A program made the position numbers and the translations under genes. Of a DNA stretch of 64,000 nucleotides, positions 9,080-17,755 are shown piece after piece; positions within the stretch are counted from its first letter, which is position 1, and every line of letters starts with the position of its first letter. Source of the DNA: an uncultured Atopobiaceae bacterium (lineage in GTDB: Bacteria > Actinomycetota > Coriobacteriia > Coriobacteriales > Atopobiaceae); the NCBI GenBank assembly GCA_944320975.1, contig CALUJM010000009.1:18484-82483 (forward strand), read 5' to 3'. The notes under the pieces were generated by a model. It saw only the letters and a program-made list of their open reading frames with translations. It searched no databases and was not told the DNA's origin.

Positions 9080-9179
9080 GGCGGATCTCCATCCTCGGGG
9101 TGGCGGGCGTCTCCATCATACCCGCGCGTCGGATGCGCATGCGCGACTCGTGACGGCCGGGCAGGACATCAAACCCTCC

Positions 9180-9201
9180 GACCCAAATCCGGATTTGGGT
9201 C
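9180..9201. repeat. Family B short palindrome (GACCCAAATCC|GGATTTGGGTC), copy B1
   Basis: A perfect 22-nt palindrome. Confidence 0.9.
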
Positions 9202-9292
9202 CGCCGCCGTGGGGGCCGCTGGGGCTGATCGTTTTTATCGATGAACAACTTAGCCCTGGAGTTGACCTCGCAGCCAAGACGCGCTGCGCTGA

Positions 9293-9387
9293 CCGAGAAG
9301 TGCCCACCACTTCGGACCCAAATCTGGATTTGGGTCCGCCCAGAACCCAAATCCTGATTTGAGTCCGAAGCCGAGGGCACTTCTCGG
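9293..9387. repeat. Composite palindromic block: family B copies B2 (9313-38) and degenerate B3 (9342-67), bracketed by the 12-bp inverted repeat CGAGAAGTGCCC / GGGCACTTCTCG
   Basis: CGGACCCAAATCTGGATTTGGGTCCG followed by AGAACCCAAATCCTGATTTGAGTCCG. The outer inverted repeat lies at 9294-9305 / 9375-9386. Confidence 0.85.
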
Positions 9388-9477
9388 CTTGCGGGGCGCC
9401 GCCGGACCGGGGGATAGCCCGCAAGGTTAAGTTCATAACCAAGGGGACGCAACGTCTTCGGTGGCCCCTGCCGGCGC

Positions 9478-9501
9478 GGACCCAAATCCGGATTTGCGTC
9501 C
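9478..9501. repeat. Family B short palindrome, copy B4
   Basis: GGACCCAAATCCGGATTTGCGTCC (1 mismatch). Confidence 0.85.
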
Positions 9502-9558
9502 CGGGCAGGGACATTTCTCGGTTGCCAGGTGCTTCCTTCTGCTATGCAAAACCTCGTT

Positions 9559-9770
9559 TGTGTGCAAACGGGTCGTCGTCGTTCTTCTCGCCCTGTCATT
9601 TCGCACGCATTTGCCGATTGTGTGCAACAGCTTTTATGTCTGAGGGCTCCCCACATAAAACATGTTGCCCACAACCGAGAAGAACATGCGGGTTCGGGAC
9701 GATGTGCGACCGATAGGGGCCCTGCGCCGCCGCAAACCGCCTTCGGGCATCAAAGTTGTTGCACACAATC
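9559..9770. repeat. Family G block G1: three TGTGTGCAA boxes, including a perfect 13-nt inverted repeat GATTGTGTGCAAC (9616-28) / GTTGCACACAATC (9758-70)
   Basis: The boxes lie at 9559-69, 9616-28 (forward) and 9758-70 (reverse), inside a 755-bp gene-free region. Confidence 0.8.
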
Positions 9771-9834
9771 GCCCCGCAGGATTACGGGCCTGCGGGGCGA
9801 CTGAGTCTGGGGCCGGGTCTGGGCTCGGGGCGAG

Positions 9835-11859
9835 CTACTTCCTTACCTGCGACGGGTGCTTCTCGAAGAAGTCAAAGCGCGGGGGCAGGGGAACGATCTT
9901 GTGCTGCTCGGGCGTCTCCCCGCAGGCCGCGGCAAGCTCGATTACGCCGTCGAAGGCGTGCTCCCACGAGAAGAACAGCTCGGGCGAGAAGTTCAGGTGC
10001 TCGCAGATCTTCTCGCACCCAAACGGAACGGCCGGGTGCATGAGCAGCGCGGTCGCGCGCAGCGCCACGAAGGCGTCGGCAAGCGCCTGCTCGTAGGCGG
10101 CGTCGTCGCCCTTGGCGGCCTTGGAGGCGTCGTCCCAGCGCTTGTTGGCGGCGCGGGCGTACTCCTCGGCCACTCCGAGCGCGCCGTGGGCGTCGAACTC
10201 GTAGGCCCGGCGCTCGAACGCGAGCACTGCCTCGCGCGCGGCCTCCACTGCCTCGGCGGCGGGGACGACGGCGGGAAGGTGCGCGTTGCAGACGTTGGCG
10301 GCGCCGTAGAAGCACGAGCGCGCCAGACGGTTGAAGATGTTGGTCAGGAAGGCGCTCTCCTTGAGGGCGGGGTCGACCACGCGCGGGTCGTCGCGGACGA
10401 GCACGTCCTCGCCCGTCTTCTTGTCCTTATGGGAGACCGAGGTGTCGAAGGCCTTGGGGTTGAACGATACCGCCTTCTGGTCGAGGCCCAGGGACAGCCA
10501 GTGCGCGCGCAGCTGCTCGGGCGTGTAGGCGTCAAGCAGCTCCGCGGCCATCGGAGGGGCGATCTTGCCCGAGCTCGAGGCCTTCTTGTTCATGAACAGG
10601 ATGTGGTAGTTGGCCACGGGGACGTCCTGGGTGAGGCCCCAGCCGAGCGCCTCCCACAGGGCCGGCTGCGCCACGCAGTAGAAGTAGATGTTGTCCTGGC
10701 CGATGAACTGGTAGACGCGGGCGTCCTCGGAGCACCACCAGTCGTGCCAGTCGCGGCTGGAGTAGCGACCCTCCGGCGCCAGCGACAGTGCCGTCTGCGT
10801 GAACGAGATCGGCGCCCAGAGGCTCTCGGGCCACACCCACACGGTCAGGCCCTCGGAGCCCTCGAGGTCGGGGGCGGGCACGCCCCACGCGATGTTGCCG
10901 GTGATGCGCAGCGGAAGCAGGCACTTGCCGGTGCGGAAGCGCACGCCGGCGGCGTCGAGCACCTCGCGCGCCTCGTCGCGGGCCTCCCAGCCGGAGAAGG
11001 TGAGCGAGAAGGACTGCTGGCCCTTCTCGGCCTCCGCGAGCGTGTGCTCGGGGAGCTTGTCTGCCACGGCGTCGTAGGCCTCGCGGAACTTGGTCTGGAC
11101 GTAGATCACGGGGTCGACGAGGCTCTCGCGCACGGTCTTGGTGACGACGGCGCGCACCTGCGGGTCGAGGTCCCACTCGTCCATCAGGCGCTCGAGCTCC
11201 TCGCGGAAGGCGGGCAGGTCGAAGTACCAGTTGTCGACCGGGCGCAGCTCGGGCGTGGTGCCGGTGAGCTGGGAGACGGGCGCGATGAGCTCCTCGGGGT
11301 CGAACTGGTGGCCGAGGTCGCACTCGTCGGCGTAGGCCTTCTCGGACTTGCAGCCGCGCACGGGGCAGCGGCCCTGGACCTGGCGGCCGTTGAGGAAGGT
11401 GCCGGCCTCCACGTCAAAGAACTGGCGCGTGGTGCGGCGGTGCAGGTAGCCGCGCTCGTGGAGGCGGCGGATCAGCTCGTCGGAGAGCTTGGCGTGGACG
11501 TCGCGCGCGGGCTCGAGGCCGGAGCCCCCGAAGAGGTCGAGCGAGATCCCGTAGGCGTCGAGCGCCGCCTTCTGGGCGTCATGGTTGACGCGCACGTAGT
11601 CCTCGATCGTGCCGTCGTAGCCCTCGCCCTCGACCTTCTTGCGGAAGCCCTCGGCGATGGGGGAGCCGTAGCAGTCCGTGCCGGAGACGAAGAGCACGTT
11701 CTCGCTCCCGATGCGGTCGCGCAGGAAGCGCGCGAAGAAGTCGGCGGGGACGAAGACGCCTCCGATATGGCCGAAGTGCAGGTTCTTGTTGCCGTAGGGC
11801 ATGCCGCCGGTGATGACTGCGCGGCGGGGGAAGCTCGGGCGAGAGGAGGTCTCGGGCAT
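9835..11859 (-). CDS. metG: Methionine--tRNA ligase
   Basis: ATG at 11859 is preceded by GAAGGAG. A HIGH-like motif (NLHFGHIGG) and class-I MetRS-like sequence run throughout. The upstream 185 codons of track ORF 9835..12414 are non-genic read-through. Confidence 0.9.
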   Translation of the reverse strand: MPETSSRPSFPRRAVITGGMPYGNKNLHFGHIGGVFVPADFFARFLRDRIGSENVLFVSGTDCYGSPIAEGFRKKVEGEGYDGTIEDYVRVNHDAQKAALDAYGISLDLFGGSGLEPARDVHAKLSDELIRRLHERGYLHRRTTRQFFDVEAGTFLNGRQVQGRCPVRGCKSEKAYADECDLGHQFDPEELIAPVSQLTGTTPELRPVDNWYFDLPAFREELERLMDEWDLDPQVRAVVTKTVRESLVDPVIYVQTKFREAYDAVADKLPEHTLAEAEKGQQSFSLTFSGWEARDEAREVLDAAGVRFRTGKCLLPLRITGNIAWGVPAPDLEGSEGLTVWVWPESLWAPISFTQTALSLAPEGRYSSRDWHDWWCSEDARVYQFIGQDNIYFYCVAQPALWEALGWGLTQDVPVANYHILFMNKKASSSGKIAPPMAAELLDAYTPEQLRAHWLSLGLDQKAVSFNPKAFDTSVSHKDKKTGEDVLVRDDPRVVDPALKESAFLTNIFNRLARSCFYGAANVCNAHLPAVVPAAEAVEAAREAVLAFERRAYEFDAHGALGVAEEYARAANKRWDDASKAAKGDDAAYEQALADAFVALRATALLMHPAVPFGCEKICEHLNFSPELFFSWEHAFDGVIELAAACGETPEQHKIVPLPPRFDFFEKHPSQVRK

Positions 11860-11910
11860 GGGTGCTCCTTCGTGTCTGGGTACAGCCCTCCCATTCTCGC
11901 ACTTCTTACG

Positions 11911-12474
11911 ATGGGGTACCATGACCACATGCAAAAGATAGCCTCGCTGGATATTCTGACCGACAAGAACCTGCAGCAGCGGGTGATGCGCCTGTCGCTC
12001 GTCATCGCGGGCGCGACGGCGGCGGCGACCGCGCTCGTCTTCGCGCTCGGCGCGGGCGAGCGGGTCGGCGTGTGGTGGTGGGTCGCGCTCGCGCTCGGCG
12101 CCGTCGTGCCGCTGCCCGTCCATGAGCTCGTCCACGGCGCGGCCTTCAAGCTGCTCTGCCCGGGGTGCCGCGTGAGCTTTGGCTTTCAGGACGCCTTCCT
12201 CTACACCAGGACCGACGACGCGCTCGCGACGCTCGGTCGCATGGTCGCCGTGCTGCTCGCGCCCGCCGCGCTCGTGACCGCCGGCATCCTCGCGGTCTTT
12301 CTTGCCGCCGGCCTCCCCGTGCTCGCCGTTCTCCTCTCCGGACTGCATCTCGCCGGCTGCGCCGGTGACATCACGATGGCCGTCGCCGCCCTTCGCGAGC
12401 CCCACTGCACGCACGTGCGCGACACCGAGACCGGCATCGACCTGCTCTGCGACAGCGAAGGGGACCCGCGATGA
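11911..12474 (+). CDS. DUF3267-like membrane protein with HExxH-type motif (putative zincin peptidase)
   Basis: Several TM helices and the motif VHELVHGAAFK. The start is uncertain (ATG 11911 or 11929). The stop overlaps the queH start (ATGA). Confidence 0.6.
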   Translation: MGYHDHMQKIASLDILTDKNLQQRVMRLSLVIAGATAAATALVFALGAGERVGVWWWVALALGAVVPLPVHELVHGAAFKLLCPGCRVSFGFQDAFLYTRTDDALATLGRMVAVLLAPAALVTAGILAVFLAAGLPVLAVLLSGLHLAGCAGDITMAVAALREPHCTHVRDTETGIDLLCDSEGDPR

Positions 12475-13076
12475 CGCCGCTGCTTCTTCACGCGTGCTGC
12501 GGGCCGTGCTCGCTCGAGCCGGTGCGGCTGCTGCGCGCGGAGGGCTATGAGCCCACGATCTGCTGGACCAATCCCAACATCCAGCCGCTCTCCGAATGGC
12601 AGCGCCGCCTGGACACGCTGTGTGCCTGGGCGGACGAGGTCGCCCACGTAGACGTGATCGTCGCGGGCGACGACCGCGACGCCTGGGAGCGCGCCGCCGC
12701 CCCCGCCGGCTTCGACCGCGAGCGTCGCTGCCGTGCCTGCTACGCGCTGCGGCTCGCCGAGGCGTGCCGCGTCGGGCGCGAGCGCGGCTTCGAGTACGTG
12801 TCCACGACGCTCGTGGTCTCGCCGTATCAGCTCTTCGACGCGTGCGGGGAGATCCTTGCCGCGGTGGCCCCGCGCTTCGGTCTCACGCCCGTGTGGCGCG
12901 ACTTCCGGCCGCACTATCCCGAGGCCACGCGCGAGTCCCGTGAGCTCGGCATGTATCGCCAGAACTACTGCGGGTGCCGCTTCTCCGCGGCGGAGGCGGC
13001 CATCGAGCGCCATGAGGCCCGCGACGCCCGCAAGGCCGCCAAGGCCGCCGCACGTATGTCGCGGATTCGCACCTGA
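12471..13076 (+). CDS. queH: Epoxyqueuosine reductase QueH (DUF208 family)
   Basis: Carries the family-defining Cys motifs: N-terminal LLHACCGPCS, CRACYALRL, and C-terminal YRQNYCGCRFS. Confidence 0.8.
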   Translation: MTPLLLHACCGPCSLEPVRLLRAEGYEPTICWTNPNIQPLSEWQRRLDTLCAWADEVAHVDVIVAGDDRDAWERAAAPAGFDRERRCRACYALRLAEACRVGRERGFEYVSTTLVVSPYQLFDACGEILAAVAPRFGLTPVWRDFRPHYPEATRESRELGMYRQNYCGCRFSAAEAAIERHEARDARKAAKAAARMSRIRT

Positions 13077-13290
13077 CGTCTTGAGAGGTGCGGCTACGCG
13101 ACGGTTCTTCTCGCCAGACCGTCGTCTGCCCGCACATCAACGGGACCGGTGCGGCAACGCGACACTTTCGTCGCCCAAAGCGTCGCGGATTCGCACCCCA
13201 ACGTGAGAGGTGCGGCTACGCGACGGTTCTTCTCGCCAGACCGTCGTCTGCCCGCACATCAACGGGACCGGTGCGGTAACGCGACACCTT
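13058..13290 (+). repeat. Family F array F1: about 122-124-bp direct repeat x2 (= four ~61-nt GGTGCGG...CCGCAC hairpin units)
   Basis: The unit GTCGCGGATTCGCACC..GAGAGGTGCGGCTACGCGACGGTTCTTCTCGCCAGACCGTCGTCTGCCCGCACATCAACGGGACCGGTGCGG(C/T)AACGCGACAC occurs twice. Copy 1 includes the last 6 codons and the stop of queH. Confidence 0.9.
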
Positions 13291-13422
13291 CGGTCCCCGG
13301 GCCGCCGCCCCGTGTTGTAAGGATTTGGCAAGCGCGCCCGCTCGTTCTTCTCGCCCGGCGTCCCATGGGCTACCGTGAGGGGGCCGCAATCACCCCGAGA
13401 GACGAGAAGGACGGTGGTAAAG

Positions 13423-14394
13423 ATGATCGAGTGCCTGCTTACCGGTGCCAACGGAACTGTCGAGAGAGTGGAGGCCCCGTGTCCGGGGTGCTGGGTCAAC
13501 GCCGTGGCCCCGTCCGAGGAGGAACGCGCCTGGCTCGAGACCGAGGTCGGCGTGCTGCCTGAGTTCGTCCTCTCTGCCCTCGACGAGGAGGAGACCTCCC
13601 GCGTCGATTACGACGAGGACGCGCGCCAGATCTTCGTCATCGTGGACTATCCTGTGGTCGACGAGGACGGCACCGTGCGCGCCTCGCTGCCGCTGCAATA
13701 CGACACCATGCCCCTCACCATGGTGTTCCTGCCAGAGAAGAGCCTCTTCGTCACCATCAGCACGCGGGAGAACGAGGTCGTCGCCGACCTGCGCGACGGT
13801 CGCGTGCGCGGCGTCGACACGCGCTACCGCACGCGCTTCCTTCTGCAGACGCTGCTGCACATCAGCCAGCTCTACCTCGTCTACCTGCGCCGCATCGACC
13901 GCATCTCGTCCCACACCGAGGCGCGCCTCCACGCGTCGGTGCGAAACGAGGAGCTCATCCAGATGCTCAACCTCGAGAAGTCCCTCGTGTACTTCTCGAC
14001 CTCGCTCAAGGCGGACGAGGTGACGCTCAACAAGATCGCCCAGGGCCGCATCATCCCGCTCTACGAGGACGACCAGGACCTGCTCGAGGACGTGCTCGTC
14101 GAGGTCCACCAGGCCATCGAGATGGCCAACATCTACTCCAACACGCTCTCCGGCACCATGGACGCCTTCGCGAGCATCATCTCCAACAACCTCAACATCG
14201 TGATGAAGGTGCTCTCCGTCATCACCATCGTCATGGCGATCCCCAACATCGTCTTCGGCTTCTACGGCATGAACGTGGACCTGCCCTTCGACGGCGTGCC
14301 GCTACTCGACAACTGGGCCTTCCCGCTGCTGCTTGCCGCCGTGGGCTGCCTGGTCGCGGCCCTCATCTTCAAGCGCAAGGGCATGTGGCACTAG
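13423..14394 (+). CDS. corA: CorA-family magnesium/cobalt transporter
   Basis: The GMN signature (FGFYGMNVDLP) lies between two C-terminal TM helices. ATG 13423 follows GAAGGACGGTGG. Confidence 0.85.
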   Translation: MIECLLTGANGTVERVEAPCPGCWVNAVAPSEEERAWLETEVGVLPEFVLSALDEEETSRVDYDEDARQIFVIVDYPVVDEDGTVRASLPLQYDTMPLTMVFLPEKSLFVTISTRENEVVADLRDGRVRGVDTRYRTRFLLQTLLHISQLYLVYLRRIDRISSHTEARLHASVRNEELIQMLNLEKSLVYFSTSLKADEVTLNKIAQGRIIPLYEDDQDLLEDVLVEVHQAIEMANIYSNTLSGTMDAFASIISNNLNIVMKVLSVITIVMAIPNIVFGFYGMNVDLPFDGVPLLDNWAFPLLLAAVGCLVAALIFKRKGMWH

Positions 14395-14499
14395 GCGAGA
14401 AGAACCTCGGGTCGCCCGCGCCAGGGGCTGAGCCCGTGGGAGACGCGCCGGCCGGCCGGTGGTATCGTAGTGCGCTGGAAATCTGCCGAAAGGACTCTC

Positions 14500-15666
14500 A
14501 TGCGCACCGACGACTTTGACTACCCGCTGCCCGACGAGCTCATCGCCCAGGCGCCCGCGGAGCCTCGCGATTCGTGCCGGCTCCTCGTGCTGCATCGCGA
14601 GGACGGGTCGGTCGAGCATCGGCGTTTCACCGACGTCATCGACTACCTCGAGCCCGGGGACCTGCTCGTTGCCAACCGCACGCGCGTGATGCCGGCGCGG
14701 CTCGTGGGGCGCAAGCGCGGGACGGGCGGCGTGTGCGAGACTCTGCTGCTCAAGCGCCGCGAGGACGTCGACCCGCTCGGCGGCGTCTGGGAGTGCCTGG
14801 TCAACCCGGGAAAGCGCCTGCGTCAGCCGGGTACCGTCATCGAGTACCGCGCGGGCGGGCTCCATGCGCCGGAGTCGGCGCCGGTCGTGCTCACGGGCGA
14901 GATCGTGGACTTCGTCGAGGGCAGCAAGGGCGGCCGCCTCGTGCGCTTTGCCCCGGCGGGGGAGGGCGAGGGCGGCGCGCCCCGCACGCTCGATGAGGCC
15001 ATCCACGCGGCGGGCCACGTCCCGCTGCCGCCCTACATCACCCAGTACGAGGGCGACCCGGAGAAGTACCAGACCGTCTACGCCATGACCGAGGAGCACT
15101 CCGCCGCGGCGCCCACGGCCGGGCTGCACTTCACGCCCGAGCTCATCGAGCGGATTCGCGAGAAGGGCGTGGGCTGGGCGACGGTCGAGCTCGAGGTGGG
15201 CATCGACACCTTCCGCCTGGTCACTGAGGACGATCCCACCCAGCACGTCATGCACACCGAGCGCTACCACGTGCCCCAGGAGGTCGTCGACGCGGTCCAC
15301 GCCACCAAGGCTGCGGGGCACCGCGTGATAGCGGTGGGGACGACGTCCGTGCGCTCGCTCGAGAGCGCCTGGGAGGCGGGAGCCGCGCCGAGCGAGCCGC
15401 CCGTGGCGGCGCGACGCTTCGAGACCGCCGCCGGCGCCGGCGACATCGTCGCCCGCGAGGACGCGACGACCAACCTCTACCTCATGCCCGGGTCGGACTT
15501 CCACGTGGTCGACGCCATGATCACGAACTTCCACGTGCCCCGCTCGACGCTCATGATGCTCGTCTCGGCCTTCGCCACGCGCGACCAGATCATGGCGGCC
15601 TATTCCGAGGCCATCGAGGAGCGCTACCGCTTCCTCTCCTTCGGCGACGCCATGCTCATCGTGTAG
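14500..15666 (+). CDS. queA: S-adenosylmethionine:tRNA ribosyltransferase-isomerase
   Basis: N-terminus MRTDDFDYPLPDELIAQAPAEPRDSCRLLVL and C-terminus NFHVPRSTLMMLVSAF...YRFLSFGDAMLI are canonical QueA. ATG 14500 follows AAAGGA. Confidence 0.9.
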   Translation: MRTDDFDYPLPDELIAQAPAEPRDSCRLLVLHREDGSVEHRRFTDVIDYLEPGDLLVANRTRVMPARLVGRKRGTGGVCETLLLKRREDVDPLGGVWECLVNPGKRLRQPGTVIEYRAGGLHAPESAPVVLTGEIVDFVEGSKGGRLVRFAPAGEGEGGAPRTLDEAIHAAGHVPLPPYITQYEGDPEKYQTVYAMTEEHSAAAPTAGLHFTPELIERIREKGVGWATVELEVGIDTFRLVTEDDPTQHVMHTERYHVPQEVVDAVHATKAAGHRVIAVGTTSVRSLESAWEAGAAPSEPPVAARRFETAAGAGDIVAREDATTNLYLMPGSDFHVVDAMITNFHVPRSTLMMLVSAFATRDQIMAAYSEAIEERYRFLSFGDAMLIV

Positions 15667-15702
15667 GGCGCCGAGCCCCGCCGCCAGTTCTTCTCGCCGC
15701 GC

Positions 15703-15803
15703 CCAAACGTCACAGCTAGTGGTACGTACCACTAGCTGTGAATTTAGAACGCATAGTAAGGGATAAATATATTTTTTTGAGTTACACTACCTGTGATGTT
15801 TGG
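15703..15803. repeat. Family E AT-rich MITE-like element, copy E1
   Basis: Terminal inverted repeats CCAAACGTCACAGCTAGTG / CACTACCTGTGATGTTTGG. It contains an internal perfect 30-nt palindrome (CACAGCTAGTGGTACGTACCACTAGCTGTG, 15711-40) and an AT-rich interior with a T7 run. Confidence 0.9.
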
Positions 15804-15817
15804 TGCAGGCCCGGCCC

Positions 15818-17035
15818 CTAGCGCGTGGCGATAAGGACGACGATCGCCACGACCAGCGCCACGACGACGAGCGCCGCCGCGAGAAGCGTAAGGCGCGCGC
15901 CGCGCGTCCGGGCGCGCAGGCTCTTCTCGCCCTCTGCGAGCTCCGCGACGACGCCCTTCTGGGCCTGGACCTCGGTGCGCTGCGAGGCGATGCTCGTGCG
16001 CAGACGGGAGGTCTCCTCGGGCGTCGCGTGGACGTCCTCTGCCTCATCGAGCAGGGCCTGGGCCTCGTCGTGGCGCTCCGCCGCCTCGTCATGGGCGGCT
16101 TTGGCCTCGTCCGCCTCGCCGCGAAGGCGCGAGATCTCGTCGGAGAGGTCCTGCTCCTCGTCGCGCGCCCGGGAGAGCTTCTCCTCGTACTCGGACCTGC
16201 GGCGCTCGTGCTCTCGCTTGGCGGCGTCGGCCTCCCGCTGGGCCTCCTCGAGCGACTTCTTCTGGGTCCAGAGGTGGGTCTGCGCCGCCTCGACCGCCGT
16301 CTGCGCGTCGCGGGTCACGGAATCGACCTCGGCCTTCGCCGCCTCGACGCGCGCCAGCTCGGTCGCGATCTCGTTTTGGAGCTGCGAGATGGTTCCCGCG
16401 CCCGCCCGCGCCTCCTGGGCGCGCCGCAGCTCGTCCTGGACCTTGCGGAGCCGGCCCTGCGCGGAGTCGATCGCGCGGTTCACGGACGCGATGGACTGCT
16501 CGCGCTGCTCGGCGGCCTCCTTCGCCTGGCCCTCGGCCGAGCGGACCGCGCGCTTCGCCTCCGAGACGCCGCGCGCCGCCTCCTCGGACCGCCCGCGCGC
16601 CGTCTCCGCCATGCGCTTGAAGGGGCGGAGCTCCTGCTCGTGGTCCGACTTCATCTGCTCGAGGCGCTTCTCGAGCGCGGAGAGCTGGCCCTCGAGCTTC
16701 TCGACGGCCTTGCGTTGGCGCTCGATCTCGGCGGAGGCCTCCGTGACGACGGAGGTCTGCTCGGCGACGATGTCGTCATAGCCCGCCTCGACCTCTTCGC
16801 GCCGCGCGAGGGCCGCTTCGTCCGCCTCGAGCCGGTCGCGCATCTCGCGCAGCGCCGCCTTCGCCGAGGAGTGCCTGCGCGAGGCGTCACGGACGTCGCG
16901 CACCGCGGACACGCCGCTTCTGAGCCTCTCTGCGGCCTTGCGGGCGGCCCCGCGCGTCATCGCGAGGGCCTTGTCGCCCTGCTCGGGGAGCCCCGTGCCC
17001 GGGGTCTTTCCCGTGGCGTCTCCGTGCTCTTCCAT
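15818..17035 (-). CDS. Coiled-coil protein with C-terminal membrane anchor (function unknown)
   Basis: About 405 aa with Ala/Glu/Arg-rich heptad-like sequence. It ends in a hydrophobic tail (LTLLAAALVVVALVVAIVVLIA). The start is taken at MEEHGD; the track ORF starts 28 codons upstream at TTG. Confidence 0.6.
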   Translation of the reverse strand: MEEHGDATGKTPGTGLPEQGDKALAMTRGAARKAAERLRSGVSAVRDVRDASRRHSSAKAALREMRDRLEADEAALARREEVEAGYDDIVAEQTSVVTEASAEIERQRKAVEKLEGQLSALEKRLEQMKSDHEQELRPFKRMAETARGRSEEAARGVSEAKRAVRSAEGQAKEAAEQREQSIASVNRAIDSAQGRLRKVQDELRRAQEARAGAGTISQLQNEIATELARVEAAKAEVDSVTRDAQTAVEAAQTHLWTQKKSLEEAQREADAAKREHERRRSEYEEKLSRARDEEQDLSDEISRLRGEADEAKAAHDEAAERHDEAQALLDEAEDVHATPEETSRLRTSIASQRTEVQAQKGVVAELAEGEKSLRARTRGARLTLLAAALVVVALVVAIVVLIATR

Positions 17036-17265
17036 GGCGTGCTCCCTTCGCAGCGGGCCGATCGTGGCGATCCATCGCATACTGTTCCATTGTGCCCCAT
17101 CTACCGCGCACCCCGTCAAAACAATCCGCTCATCCCCTCACTTTGTAACCTTGGCAGACAATGCCCGCCCAATCGACGAGACGTTTGCTAAGATGTGTCC
17201 TGTGTTTTCGGGGGTATCACAGATAGTCCCCGTTCGTTGGGAAATCTGGAAAGGGAGTTCACAGC

Positions 17266-17538
17266 ATGGTTTCTAAGCAGACGAGCATCATCAACGCCAC
17301 CGGTCTTCACGCGCGTCCCGCGTCCGTCTTCGTGACCGAGGCCAAGAAGTATCAGTGCAACGTCACCATCAAGAACGTCGACAAGGACTCTGCTCCTGTC
17401 AACGCCAAGTCCATCATGATGATTCTCGCCGCCGGCCTCGGCACCGGCACCAAGGTCGAGGTCGCGTGCGACGGCGCTGACGAGCAGGAGGCCCTCGACG
17501 CCCTCATCGCCCTCATCGACTCCGGCTTCGGCGAGTAG
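17266..17538 (+). CDS. ptsH: Phosphocarrier protein HPr
   Basis: 90 aa, with the His-15 region (NATGLHARPAS) and the Ser-46 region (VNAKSIMMIL). Confidence 0.9.
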   Translation: MVSKQTSIINATGLHARPASVFVTEAKKYQCNVTIKNVDKDSAPVNAKSIMMILAAGLGTGTKVEVACDGADEQEALDALIALIDSGFGE

Positions 17539-17570
17539 TCAAGGGCGATACCCATCCTTTCTCGATGGCT

Positions 17571-17606
17571 CGGCCCGGCGTCCCAGCGGCGCCGGGCCGA
17601 TTTTTG
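17571..17606 (+). terminator. Rho-independent terminator after ptsH
   Basis: The stem CGGCCCGGCG (17571-80) / CGCCGGGCCG (17590-99) is followed by TTTTT (17601-05). Confidence 0.75.
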
Positions 17607-17755
17607 TGTAGGATGGGTCATTGTTTCGACCATGGGGCTGGCGAGAAGGACGACGAGGTCCGCCGCGAGTTCTCGCCGCGCTCCCTGCGGCAAGCTGTTT
17701 GAGCGCCGGACCTCGCCGTCCTTCTCGCCAGCCTTCCACGCGAGCGGAGGAAACC

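Noticed and set aside
13058-13290. The periodic ~61-nt arrays (also 57228-57410) as a CRISPR array
   Set aside because: The conserved parts are short inverted feet (GGTGCGG / CCGCACC) of individual hairpins, not 25-40-nt direct repeats. The 'spacers' are partly conserved between units, the arrays have only 3-4 units, and no cas genes are present in the window.
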